In this document: in pieces, positions 12,096 through 25,350 of the stretch
Numbering within the stretch: the first letter of the stretch is position 1
Layout of the letters: each line of letters opens with the position of its first letter
Assembly: GCF_009914755.1 (NCBI RefSeq)
Contig: NC_060931.1
Length of the DNA stretch: 64,000 bases
Reading direction: 5' to 3' (one strand)
Source of the DNA: the human T2T-CHM13v2.0 reference genome, Homo sapiens
Translations under genes and position numbers: made by a program
Notes under the pieces: generated by a model
What the model saw: the letters and a program-made list of their open reading frames with translations, nothing else
Database searches by the model: none
Told to the model about the DNA's origin: nothing

Positions 12096-13339
12096 TGAAG
12101 TGAGTTATTAAAAAAAAAAAAATGATTCCCCACTGTGAAAATATCCTTGTTCTTATTTTGAGGAAATATGACATTCTCAGAACTCAACTGCCTTAGAGAG
12201 AGGGTTTTGAATAAATCCCTGCTTAATGATACATGGTAAAGACAAATGAGAGGGAGCTGGGGTGCTGAGGAGCAGTGAGAAACATTCCCCTGGTCATCAT
12301 CGGGCTCCTTCTCAATTACCAGGTTAATATCTCATCAGCCCTGGGTACCAGCCCTCACAGATGCCTTGGTTGCATTGGATACCCTGGTGTGACCCAAAAG
12401 ATATGCATGGGTAAAAAGGAATGGGGAAATGAGAATAGCAAGAAGAAGAGAAAGAAAGATGAAGAAAAGGGAAAGAGTAAGAAATGACAAAGAGAAAGGA
12501 CAAGAGTCCCCAAGCCTCCTCGCCTTTATGCCACCCTAGTTATTCAGAGTCCTTCACAGGCTTCCTCAACCCCTTTGCAGAGGCAAGGAAGGCTCTGCTG
12601 GGATGATGCCCCTGGAAATAATGGAGTTTGAAAGCGATCATTTCTTAAGGGTAAAAATGCCATGCACCTGCCATTTTCCTGCTAGACCCATCCCCCACTC
12701 CTCAAGCCTTAGTACCCAAACACACAAAGAGCAGAAGAAAAGAAGCTGCTAATAATTTCACAGCAGAAAAAAAGGGTGTAATAGTGTAAACTGCCTTTAA
12801 TCAAATCATACCTGATAAATATGTGTCACTTCTTTTCTCAAAAATTCGAAGGCTGAAAATTATCAGGTGAATGTCTCGTCTGGCCCAATGTTTTTAAATC
12901 GTCACCCCACCCATGACATGACTTAAAGCCAATAATAAAAAACAACAATCAACCCCCCCCCCAAAACAAAAACAAAACCAAAAAAAACTCCAACAGTTTC
13001 ACAAGGAAATGTGCATTAGGTAGAAGCTTGTCAATAGGGTTAGAAAGAATTAGAACATACACATATAAGCCTTATCATGAAAACAATGAGAAAATTCTAA
13101 AATGCAAATATGAGACACAATTTTCAAAAAGTTATTCTTAAATAAAAGACAAATTCTAAGTTTAACAATAGGATCCATATAGGTAGTGTTGCTGGAAACA
13201 AAGAGGGCCCTGTTTCTTCTTGCTATTTCAATTTCACAAACTAGAAAAGGAAGCAAACACCATTTAGCTGGTCTTAATATACTTCACAAGTCTAATAATT
13301 TCCTCCAGAAACAGAAATTCTATGTGAGTTATAATTGTG

Positions 13340-14720
13340 TTCATTTATTCATTCAGCAAATATTTATCAAGAATCTGATTAATATCCTGATTCTGGCTCT
13401 CTTCTGCGCTCTGGGGAAGGGAAAGGAGGAGTTTGTGGATGTTAAATTAGAGATACCTATTTTAGATATTATTTTGGAAATAATGAGTGGGCAGTTGAGT
13501 ATATAGATCCAGAGTTCAAGGATAAGATTTGAGCTGAAAATATAAATTTGGGACTCCTTTGCATATCTAGATGTTCTTTAAAATTGTGGGATAACACGGT
13601 ATCACCTAGTGAATGACTGTAGATAAAGAAGCATTCTGAGGACTGAGCCCATGCATACTTCAATCTTTAGTGATCAAGCTGAGGAAGAACCAGCAAAGGA
13701 GACTGATAAGGCCAGTAGGGCAGAAAAAAAAAAGAGTGTTTCACAGGGGTCTGAGTTATCAGCTATATGAAATGTAGTTGATTGATGAATAAGGTGACCC
13801 CTGAGAATTGACTATTGGATTTTAGCAACATGGAAGTTATTGGTAATCAACCATGAGTTATGGACTGAATTATGGCTTCCCAAAATTCATGTGCTGAGGC
13901 TCTAACCACCCAGTACCTCAGAATGTAACTGCATTATATTATAGATAAGGTCTTTGAAGAGGTAACTAACTCAAAATAGGTTCATTAGGGTGGCCCCTAA
14001 TCCAATATGACTAGTATCCTTATCAAAAGAGGAAATTGGGACACAAACATGCACCCAAATTTGAAAAACCCATCAGAAAAAGATGGGCATCTGTAAGCCA
14101 AGGAGAGAGGCCTTAGAAGAAACCTATCCTGTTGATGTGTTGATTTTGGACTTTTTTAGCCTCCAGAGTGATGAGAAAATAAGTTTCTGTTTTTGAATTA
14201 CCCAGTCTGTGGTACTTTATAAGACAGCCCTAGATAACTAATACACCATGTGAAGAGCTGTCTTGGAAGAATTGTGGGAATAGTACTCTGAATGGAATAA
14301 TAGTCTGATTGGTTCAAGATATAATATAAGGATAGGAAATGGAAAAAAGTATAGGGAAACAGATATATTGATTTGTTCCTGGAAGGGAAAGGGGATAAAC
14401 TTTTTTAAAGATTAACAACGACATATTTATATATGATGGAAGTGATCTAGATCTAGTGTGGGGGGGGATTGATGATGCAAGGGAGACAAGGAGAGAGAGA
14501 GAGAGACTTTGACCTCGAGTAGGCAAGAGAAGGAGTTGGCTTTTGTTATATAAAATCCTGTTCTTCCCCTAATAGCAAGAAAAAGACATATACACATGGT
14601 AATAGCATGTGGAAGTTCTTTTCTTATTGTGCCTATTTTCTCTCTACAGTAGGAAGCGAGATCCCACTAAGTCAGATTGAGGAAGGGATGAAACTTGAAG
14701 TGTTGAAAAGAGAGATTAAT
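13340..14720 (-). mobile_element. L2 LINE, interrupted by MLT1 LTR
   Basis: L2 3' end tcatttattcattcagcaaatatttat; body gcagttgagtatatag...atataaatttggga...gaggactgagccc; resumes after 14250. Confidence 0.75.
13856..14245 (+). mobile_element. MLT1A/B solo LTR
   Basis: gttatggactgaatt...cagtacctcagaatgtaact...aactaataca with a perfect 5-bp TSD ccatg (13851-13855 / 14246-14250). Confidence 0.9.
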
Positions 14721-14817
14721 TTGTGCCATAGATATTCAGGGGTCAGAGATGCCTAGGGGGTTGTGTCTTGCAGAACTCTAAAGGGAATCATTTACATAGA
14801 CTAGTCAGCAAGGAAGT

Positions 14818-15285
14818 GGTGGCAGCTCTGCCTATGAAAATGTGCTGGTCAGATTCCCTGCTGTTGGAAACTTGATTGACTAGTGCCCTCAGCTTCTGCC
14901 ATCCTAGATTCACAAACACATTTGCACCAAAAGCCACTCTCCCCATGGGCTGCTCTCACCTAGCAACTAAGCACAATGAGTAGAAGGAGAACTAATGCAG
15001 GTCCATTCCTGGGAGATGGGGGACTCCTCAATTGTGTGAGTTTGGCTCTGGGACAATCTTATCAAGCCTGGTGAAACTTTCTTAAAACTGTAGTTTAAGA
15101 ATTGTTCTACCTAGTCTTTTTCCTCCACTTCTCCTTTGTAGATGTCAGGTTTGCATCTTAGTCTGAATTCCATCTCTGCCTCTTATAGCTTCTTCCCCTT
15201 TTTGTTTTGCATGACTTTCTCTAATAAACGTCTTGCACATCTAATACTGTCCTGATGTCTGCTTCTTGGAAGTCTGTACTTCCAA
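14818..15285 (+). mobile_element. LTR16A (ERV-L) 5' LTR of provirus remnant 1
   Basis: ccattcctgggagatgggggactcctc...tttggctc...gaaactttcttaaaactg...aataaacgtcttgcacatctaat; followed by an ERV-L-type PBS gtaccaggagtggt. Confidence 0.8.
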
Positions 15286-17750
15286 GTAGTACCAGGAGTG
15301 GTCTAAAAAACAGGTGATAAGATGGGGTTAGGGTTTAGGACTTAACTCATCCTATCAGGCAAAGAGGACCTCAATCTGAGTACTGTTTGGTGCAGAAATA
15401 GTCTCTCACACAATTTTGTGGCCTAGCTGCTAAAGATTCCACAAGTGGTGGCCTGGGAAAACATCCCAGTTGAATGAACTGTCCATGCAGTTAGAATGAT
15501 TCAGTCATTTCAAAGATACAAAAGGAACAATACCTACAAAGAGTTGGTTAGTTACTACTAAGTTGTAGAGAAATAAAAAGAAACTGAGGGCCATTGATAA
15601 GCAGTTGAAGGCTAAGTGTAAGAGACAGGCATGTTTGGCAGTTTACAACGAGGCCCTTATCTCTTATAGTGAAAGAACAAAGAGTAGACATAACTGAGCA
15701 ATGAAAAGAAATGTTGATAGCTGGTGTTGCAGAGACTCTGAGCCATTTAAATGTCTGACCAAGGCAGGTCTATTAGTATAAAGTCAGGGTCCTTGTTGAA
15801 AAACGTGAGATACTTAAACATGGGATAGAAGATATCTGAATGTCTGCTTCTGAAAATTTTTGTCTATACAAACAAACTGAACACTCAGAAATTTCAAAGG
15901 TATTCCACCTGTAAGAGGTAGCACATCTTCCATGCTAAAAGATGCTACAGAATACTCTCCCTAAAAAGCAACAAATGCAGCCCACAGCTGCTGCCCCATC
16001 TCCTCCCCTGGGTGGCAGGCTGATAACAAAAGTTAAATCCCAGCAAGATCTAGATGGGGACATGACAGGCCTGATAAAAAAGAAAAGAGATCAATCATGA
16101 ATGAAACTATGGAAATTAGTTAGATGGATTAATAGCAGATTAGATCTATGGATGAAAAGATTAATAAACTTGAGGAAATAACAATGGAAACTATCCAAAA
16201 CAAGACTCAGAGTAAATAAGAGCTGAGAAAAAAGAGAACAAAACTGTAGAGCAAATTCAAGTAGTCTAATATATGTATTATTGGAGTACTTGAAGGAGAT
16301 AAGATGAGGGGAAGGAACAGAAAATAAATTTAAGATATTAAAAAAATTGTCTATTCAGTAGGTAAATGAATAAATGAATTGTGGTACATCCATACAATGA
16401 AATATTATTCATTACTAAAACGAAATGAGCTATCAAACCAAAAAAGACATGAAGAAGCCCTAAATGCATATTTCTATGTGGAAGAAACCAATCTGAAAAG
16501 GCTATACACTGTGATTCCAACTATATGACCTTTTGGAAAAGGAAAACTATAGAGACAATAGGAAGATCAGTGGGTACCAGGGGCTAGAGAGCAAAGAAGA
16601 TTTTTAGGGCGGTGAAACTGTTATGTATGATACTATAATGCTAGATATGTGTTATTATGCATTTGTTAAAACCCATAGAACATGCAATGTCAAGAGTGAA
16701 TCTAATGTTACCTATGGATTTGGGGTAATAATCATGTGTTAATGTAAATTAATGAATTGTAACAAATGTATTGCTCTGTTGCAGGATGTTGATAATGGGG
16801 AAGGCTGTGCATGTTTGGGAACAGGAGGTATAAGAGAACTCTAATTTCTGTTAAATTTTCCTGTGAAACTAAAACTGCTCTAAAACATAAAATCCACTTT
16901 AAAAAATAATAGGAAAAATTTACTTTTGTGAAAATTATAAACTCATGGGTCTAAGAAGCACAATGAACCTTAAACACAAGAAACATGAAGATAATTATAC
17001 CAAATTATATTATAATCAAATTTCTTAAAATCAGTGATAAAGGGAAACTCTTAAAACTAGCCAGAGAAACAGGGTGACTTGAGTATAGAGGAAAAAGAGA
17101 AAGGAATAGCAAAGCTTTCTGGTAGGAAACAATGGAATGCCTGATCCACACGTACAGAATCTTGTAGAGTACAGATTTAAATCAAGTGGGAGGTTTCACA
17201 TCACAGCAAAGGTGGTATAGAAATGGACCCATGACTATGGGATCCACTGATCACATATCACAACATCTAGAAAATATAGACTTCTAAAGATAGAGTGGCA
17301 GAGTCAGCTCAGAGACAAGAATTTAAAAGGATGGAATGCCATCCTTTGGGATGTAGTATATACATGAAATTAGAGACTTCTCTATGGCATAATTGCACAA
17401 ATAGGAAGAATATATGGATGTGGAAGCCAAAGCAGGAGTGATCTCACTTAATATTATTCCCAAAAATCTACTGGCGATTCTGTGCTTCATATACTTGCAA
17501 CTCTGGGTTCTTCAGGGTTGGAGTGCTGAATCCCAATAAGGGCATGTTTTTGCAAAGGGACTGATCAGGGTCCCATTGAACTATAATATATAGCTACCAC
17601 TAGGGCACTTTACACTGCTTGTGTTGAGAACCAACAGCTGAGGCATCATCATCATGACTAGAGTAATTGACTCTGATAATTAGGAGGTTGTAAGGCTGCA
17701 TTTATACTATGTGGCAGGAGGGAATACATAGAGAATCCCAGTTGCAGGTT
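15286..17750 (+). mobile_element. ERV-L internal remnant 1 (gag 15.3-16.1 kb; integrase/dUTPase 17.14-17.75 kb)
   Basis: Colinear similarity with remnant 2 (15938 vs 37962; 17140 vs 41128; 17490 vs 41470); RT/RNaseH missing, L1 fragments in its place. Confidence 0.75.
16125..17130 (+). mobile_element. L1M ORF1 fragment with a nested L1MC-type 3' end (16340-16908)
   Basis: ORF1-like aatagcagattag...aacttgag...gaaactatccaaa; nested 3'UTR aattgtggtacatccatacaatg...ggaaaaggaaaactatagagac...aaaactgctctaaaa. Confidence 0.75.
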
Positions 17751-18604
17751 AGAGATTACAACTGTAATTAAAAGTCTAAAATGTGTATAGATGCTAGCAT
17801 AATAGAAGTAAGAAAATATGTCAAATACATATGGTTACCAAAATCTTTTTTGAGTGATTTAGGGGAGGAACAGGAGATTATGTAGTAAACTTACTAGGGA
17901 AAGACATTTTCAGCAAAAATAAAATGTTCAGTTAACCATAGTCTTAAGTCTTATGTCAATCAAAGGAAGAATAAGCGAATAACTTCCTATTAATTATCAC
18001 TTAGTTCTACTTGTCTAGAGAATACTTGTTTGTTGACATATCACTAATAACTGTTGTATGAAATGAGATCTATTTGTGACAGATGAGCTTTCATTTTTTT
18101 ATGTTTTTAGGCATGCAATTATTTTCCCTTGTTGTAGCCTTGAGTAGAATGAGGTTAAGATATGGAAGACTTTATGTTTTTTTCTGGGATTCTCTGAATA
18201 TTTAACAATTCTTTTTTATTATTAAAAAGAGAAATAATGATTAAGATGCCACGTGAGTTTTGATATTTGCCCACCTTGAGAAAAAAAATATATTTTCTCA
18301 GTTTTCTCCCCAACTTGGATATGCTCATTTGATGGATTAAGGTATTTCCTGTTTTGTGGAAAAAACTTGCCATGCTAGGTTTTCTTTATAGTCATTTTCT
18401 CTAGGCTATTTTTATATAAGTGGTTGCCTACCTCATTATCACAACTCAAAGATTTAAGAACAAAGCACACATTTAATATTTTATACGCTCAATGCAGAAC
18501 CATTATTCAACCTATCCAGTCATGATTAATCATTGCCCATTTCACTTGCCTGGAAGAGACAGAAATCTTTATTACTCTGTGTAAATAAAACAGCACATCA
18601 AAAA

Positions 18605-18800
18605 TAATAAAATCTAACAAAAGGAATGCTTTACTATGTGCCAGCAACTCTTTTAATTACTTTATAAGTATTTTCACTTAACTTTCAAATCATCTTATGA
18701 GATAGGTACTGTCATTAACTCTATATTACCGGTGAGGAAGCTGCTGCACAGCTAGTACAGGTGGGGGTATTCAGGCTCAGAGCCTCTGCTCTTTGCTATT
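18605..18800 (-). mobile_element. MIR
   Basis: tactatgtgccag...cttatgagataggtact...ggtgaggaagctg. Confidence 0.7.
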
Positions 18801-19739
18801 GTAGCCTATGACCTGCAAGTATTTAAGAATATGATGCAAGTTATTGAAATTATTGAAATACCCATTCTTCTGCCAAAAATCCTCTTTAAAAGTAAGTATG
18901 AGGTGTAACAAAAAGAAGCATAAAAATAAGTCTCTAAAATGTGAAATCTTTTTTATTGTTTTTAGACTCTAAATCTAAGAGTTTCTGTGTAGTTTTGTTA
19001 GAAAATATACATGGTGAAAATTTAAAAAATGCTTTTTATTATGTTAGTAGAAGCAAAGACTTTGTATAACATCTAATAAAATTCTGAAGAAAAGATTTCC
19101 CACCTGTAATTTGCAATCATTCATTTGCTTATAAATACTACATTTCTATTAACAGATCATATAGTCCTTAGAGACTATATCAAACTAGTAACATATTTTG
19201 ACCATCAGTCAGCATAAATTTTCACTTGTTTTGCATTCTCTCCTTTTTTCATATATATGGATATTTGAAATTTAATCTCTTATACCTACCTTTAATCTCC
19301 TCCTGGAGAAAGATATAGGGTGCAAAAAGATGCAAATTAATTTAAATATTATCATATATATGATTCAATCAAATTATGTTAAAACATACAGCATGCCAGT
19401 TTCAATATCCCTTCCTGGGTTTTCATGATTGATCTGTTATTTTGGGTATGATTCATCAGCTTATTTATTTTTTATTTGCATCTAGGTAAACAGGAGAAAG
19501 TACCCTCCTACACAATGAGGAGTAAGGATGCATAGCTTAGATGTAATAGCTAGTCACTTAATAGTTTATAAATGAAATTTTATTCCCATGGTAGCATGAA
19601 CAGGGTTTCTGAGGAATCAATATCCAGACCAGGATCTCCAGGTTCCTGCCTGACCCGCACTATCCTCCTTTAAGATGCTCCACAACTCAAGTCAAAGTGA
19701 GAAAAAAGGGAATAGAGTGAATGCGAAGGCTGAGCATTT

Positions 19740-21234
19740 TTTTTTTTTTTTTTAAGTAAACTTTGATTTTAGGTTCAGGGGTGCATGTGCAGGTTTGGTG
19801 TATAGGTAAATTGCATGTCACAGGGGTTTGTTGTACAGATTATTTCACCACCCAGTTGACATGCATAGTACCTGATAGGCAGTTTTTCAGTCCTCACCTT
19901 CTTCCCTCCCTTCACCCACAAGTAGGCCCTAGTGTCTGTTGTTCCCTTCTTTGTGTCCATATGTACTTGATGTTTAGCTCCCACTTATAAGTGAGAACAC
20001 GTGGTATTTGATTTTCTATTCCTGTGTTAGTTCACTTAGGATAATGGCCTCCAGCTCCGTCCATGTTACTGCAAAGGACATGATCTCATTCTTTTTTATG
20101 ACTGCGTAGTATTCCAAGAGGTGTATGTTCCACATTTTCTTTATTCAGTCTGCTGTTGATGGGCATTTAGATTGATTCCATGTCTTTGCTATTGTGAATA
20201 GTGCCATGATAAACATACACATGCATGTGTCTTTACGGTAGAACAACTTATATTCCTTTGGGTATATACCCCTAAATGGAATTTCTGGGCGGAATGGTAA
20301 TTCTGCTTTGAATTCTCTGAGAAATCGCCAAACTGCTTTCCACAATGACTGAACTAATTTACATTCCCACCAGCAGTATACAACTGTACCCTTTTCTCCA
20401 CAACCTTGCCAGCATCTGTTATTTTTTGACTTTTTAATAATAGCCATTCTGACTGGTGTGAGAGGGTATCTCATTGTGGTTTTGATTTGCATTTCTCTAA
20501 TGATTAGTGTTGTTGAGCATTTTTTCATATGCTTCTTGGCCATGCATATGTCTATATGTCTTCTCTTTTAAAAAGTATCTGTTCATGTCCTTTTCCCATT
20601 TTTAAATTTTTTTTTTGCCTTTTGACCTAAGTTCTTTATAGATTCTGGTTATTAGACCTTTGTTGGATGCAGAGTTTGCAAAACTTTTCTCCCATTCTGT
20701 AGGTTTTCTGTTTACTCTGCTGATAATTTGTTTTGCTGTGCAGAAGCTCTTTAGTTTAATTAGGTCCCATTTGTCAATTTTTGTTTTTGTTGCAATTGCT
20801 TTTGGCATCTTTGTCATGAAATCTTTTCCAGGTCCTCTGTCCGGAATGATATTGCCTAGGTGATCTTCCAGGATTTTTTATAGTTTTAGGTTTCACTTTT
20901 AATCCATTTTGAGTTTATTTTTGTATATGGTGTAAAGAAGGGGTCCAATTTCAATCTTCTGTATATGGCTAGCCAGTTATCCCAGTACCATTTATTAAAT
21001 GGGGAGGCCTTTCCCCATTGCTTGTTTTTGTCAACTATGTCAAAGATCAGATGGTTGTAGGTATGTGGCATTGTTTCTCAGCTCTCTATTCTGTTCTATT
21101 TGTCTATATGTCTGTTTTTGTATCAGTACCATGATGTTCTAGTTATGGTAGGCTTTTAGTACATTTTGAAGCCTAGTAACGTGATGCCTCCAGCTTTGTT
21201 CTCTTTGCTTGATATTACCTTGACTAGTTGAGCT
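19740..21234 (-). mobile_element. 5'-truncated L1 (L1PA13-16-like), 1.5 kb
   Basis: Poly-T tail; ORF2 C-terminal remnants ([21 protein letters not shown]; [17 protein letters not shown]); TSD aag(g/a)ctgagcattt at 19726-19739 and 21235-21248. Confidence 0.95.
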
Positions 21235-22342
21235 AAGACTGAGCATTTCTAACTTGGGGATTTTTTTGATTAAATATTTTAAAGATGGTCTTTCTTGGAA
21301 AAGAGTGAAATAGAACAGGAGGAATGAAAGATATTTAGGTTAGTAATACAGTACTTGATATGAAGAAAAGCATGTACACCTTTTACGTAGCAGCAGTTTT
21401 ACTTTCAGAATCACTTAACTTTGCTTTATTAGGTAAGCCAGTTGAGATAGTAAGAAAAAGGTATCCATTAGTATTGGAGTTTTTCAAAGTTTCTTATTAT
21501 GGTAAACTACACATAACATAAAATTTCCCACATTATCCATTTAAAGTGTACAGTTCAGTGGTATTAAGTAAATTCATAATGTTGTGCAGCCATCACCACC
21601 ATCCATCTCTCTGTAATTCTTTCCAGCTTGTAAAACTGAAACTCTGTACCCATTAAACAATAACTCCCCATTCCTTTCTCCCCCGACCCCCTGACAGTCA
21701 CCGTTCCATTTTCTATTTCTACAATTTTGAATACTCTAAGTATCTCATGTAAGTGAGAGTAGTATTTGTGTTTTTGTGACTGGCTTATTTCACTTAGCAT
21801 AATGTCCTCAAGGTTCATTTATGTTGTAGTATATGTCGGAATTTACTTCCTATTTTAAAACTGAAAAATATCTCATTGCACATATATTTTTTGCTTCTTC
21901 ATTCCTCAGTCAATGGATACTTGGGTTACTTTAACTTTTTAGCTATTGTAAATAAACCTGCTATCAACCTGATGTACAATATCTCTGCAATCCTGCTTTC
22001 AGATCCTTTGGGTATATACCCAGAAGTGGAATTGCTGGATTATATGGTAATTCTATTTGTAATTTTTTAAGAAACTACCATACAGTTTTCCACAGTGGCC
22101 TATTTTAAATTCCCACCAACTGTGCACAAGGGTTTAAGTTTTTCCACATCCTTTCCAACACTTGTTATTTTGTCAGTTTTTAAAAATAATAGCCATACTA
22201 ACTGGTGTAAGGTGGTATCTCATTATAGTTTTGATTTGCATTTTCCTAATGATTAGTGGTATTGAGCACAATTTCATGTACTTATTGGTCATTCCAATAT
22301 CTTCTTTACAGAAATGTCTATTTAGGTTCTTTGCCTATTTTT

Positions 22343-23805
22343 TAAAAATTATACTTTAAGTTCTAGGGTACATGTACACAAAGTGCAGGTTTGTTACATA
22401 TGTATACATGTGCCATGTTAGTTTGCTGCACCCATTAACTCATCATTTACATTAGGTATTTCTCCTAATGCTAACCCTCCCCCATACCCCTACCCCACGA
22501 CAAGCCCCTGTATGTGATATTCCCCACCCTGTGTCCAAGTGTTGGATTGCTCAATTCCCACCTATGAGTGAGAACACGCGATGTTAGGTTTTCTGTCCTT
22601 GTGATAGTTTGCTCAGAATGATGATTTCCAGCTTCATCCATGTCACTATAAATGACCTGAACTCATCATTTTTTATGGCTGCATAGTATTCCATGGTGTA
22701 TATGTGCCACATTTTCTTTATCCAGTCTATCATTGATGGACATTTGGGTTGGTTCCAACTCTTTGCTATTGTGAATAGTGCCGCAATAAACATACGTGTG
22801 CATGTGTCTTTATAGCCGTATGATTTATAATCCTTTGGGTATATACCCAGGAATGGGATCGCTGGGTCAAATGCTATTTCTGGTTCTAGATCCTTGAGGA
22901 ATCACCACACTGTCTTCCACAATGGTTGAACTAGTTTACACTCCCACCAACAGTGTAAAAGCCTTCCTATTTCTCCACATCCTCTCCAGCGCCTGTTGCT
23001 TCAACTTTTTAATGATCGCCATTCTAACTAGTGTGAGATGGTATCTCATTGTGGTTTTGATTTGCATTTCTCTGATGGCCAGCATTTTTTCATGTGTCTG
23101 TTGGCTGCATAAATGTCTTCTTTTGAGAAGTGTCTGTTCATATCCTTTGCCCACTTTTTGATGGGGTAGTTTGACTTTTTCTTGTAACTTTGTTTAAGTT
23201 CATTGTAGATTCTGGATATTAGCCCTTTGTCAGATGAGTAGATTGCAAAATTTTCTCCCATGCTGTAGGTTGCCTGTTCACTCTGATGGTAGTTTCTTTT
23301 GCTGTGCAGAAGCTCTTTAGTTTAATTAGATCCCATTTGTCAATTTTGGCTTTTGTTGCTATTGCTTTTGGTGTTTTAGTCATGAAGTCCTTGCTCATGC
23401 CGATGTCCTGAATGGTATTGCCTAGGTTTTCTTCTAGGGTTTTTATGGTTTTAGGTCTAACATGTAAGTCTTTAATCCATCTTGAATTAATTTTTGTATA
23501 GGATGTAAGGAAGGGATCCAGTTTCAGCTTTCTACATACGGCGGGCCAGTTTTCCCAGCACCATTTATTAAATAGGGAATCCTTTCCCCATTTCTTGTTT
23601 TTGTCAGATTTGTCAAAGATCAGATGGTTGTAGATCTGTGGTGTTATTTCTGAGGCCTCTGTTCTGTTTCAATTGTCTATATCTCTGTTTTGGTACCCGT
23701 ACCATGCTGCTTTGGTTACTGTAGCCTCATAGGATAGTTTGAAGTCAGGTAAGGTGATGCCTCCAGCTTTGTTCTTTTTGCTTAGGATTGTCTTAGCTAT
23801 TCGGA
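22343..23805 (-). mobile_element. 5'-truncated younger L1PA (approx. L1PA4-7) nested in L1MB
   Basis: ttatactttaagttctagggtacatg 3' end; ORF2 remnants; TSD tttgcc(t/c)attttt at 22330-22342 and 23806-23818. Confidence 0.95.
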
Positions 23806-25050
23806 TTTGCCCATTTTTACTCGTGTTGTTTGTTTTGTTGTTATTGAGTCAGGAGTTCTCTATACTTTCTGGATATTAATATCTTATCAGATATATGATT
23901 TATAAATATTTTCTCCTATTCTCTGGGATGCCTTTTTATTCTGTTAAAATTGTCTTTTGTTGTTATTTTTAAGATTTGTTATGAAGTCCAGTTTGTCTAA
24001 TTTGTCCAAAAATAGTTTTTGTACTACGTTTTCTTTTAAGAGTTGTATAGCTTTAGGTCTTACACTTAGGTCTTTTATCCATTTTGAGTTAATTTACGAT
24101 GCTAGGTAAGGGTCTGACTGTGTTCTTTCACAAGCAGATTTCCAGTTTCCCCAGCAGCATCTGTTGAAAAGATTGCCCTTTGTCCTTTCCTCTTGGCACT
24201 TTTGCAAAAAAATCATTTGAGTATATATGGGATGGTTTATTTCTAGGCTCTCTGTGTGTATGGTCTGTATATCTGTCTTTATGCTAGTACCACACTGTTT
24301 TGATTACTCCATATTTGTAGTAAATTTAAAATCAGGAAGTATATGTCCTCCAGCTATGTTCTTTTTCAATATTATTTTGGTTACTTGAGGTCCCTTGAGA
24401 TTTCATATAAATTTTAGGATAGGTTTTTCTATTTCTGCAAAAAAACATCATTGGGATTTTTATAGGGATTGCATTGGATCTGTAGGTCATTTGGTATAGT
24501 ATTGACAGCTTAACAATATTAAGTCTTCCAATCTGTGAACATAAAATGTGTTTTCATTTATTTATGTCTTCTTTAATGCCTTTCAAAATGTTTTGTAGCT
24601 TTCATTGCACAAGTGTTTCATCTGCTTGGTTAATCTCACTATTTTATTTTTTGGATGCTATTGCAAATGGAATTGCTTTCATAGCTTCCTTTTCAGGTTA
24701 TTCATTGTTAGTGTATAGAAATAAAACTGATTTTGTATGTTGGCTTTGTTTCTTGCTCCTTGGCTAAATTCATTTATTAACTCTGACATTTTTGTGTGGA
24801 ATATTTAAGGTTTTCTACTTATAAGATCATAATATTTGTGAACAGAGATTATATTATTTCTTTCTTTACAATTTGGATGTCTTTTTGTTTCTTTTTCTAG
24901 TCTAATCCTCTGGTTAAAATTTCCAGTGCTTTGTTGAATAGAAGTGGTGAAAGAGGGCATCCTTGTTTTCTTCCTGATTTTAGAATAAAAGCTTTCAGCC
25001 TTTCACTATCGAGTGTGATATTTCCTGTGAATTTTTGAAATGTGGCTTTT

Positions 25051-25350
25051 GTATTTATTTATTTATTTTTGAGACAGAGTCTCACTCTGTCACTGAGGTT
25101 GGAGTGCAGTGGCACGATCTCAGCTCACTGCAACCTCCACTTCCCTGTTCAAGTGATTCTCATGTTTCAGTCTTCTGAGTAGCTGGGATTACAGGTGCCT
25201 GCCACCACACCCTGCTAATTTTTGTATATTTAGTAGAGATGAGGTTTTGCTGTTTTGGCCAGGCTGGTCTTGAACTCCTGACCTCAGGTGATCCACCCTC
25301 CTCGGCCTCCCAAAGTGCTGCGATTACAGGCTGAGCCACCACTTTCAGCC
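25051..25350 (-). mobile_element. AluS-type
   Basis: Antisense dimer with (TTTA)n tail; tggctttt flanking duplication. Confidence 0.95.
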
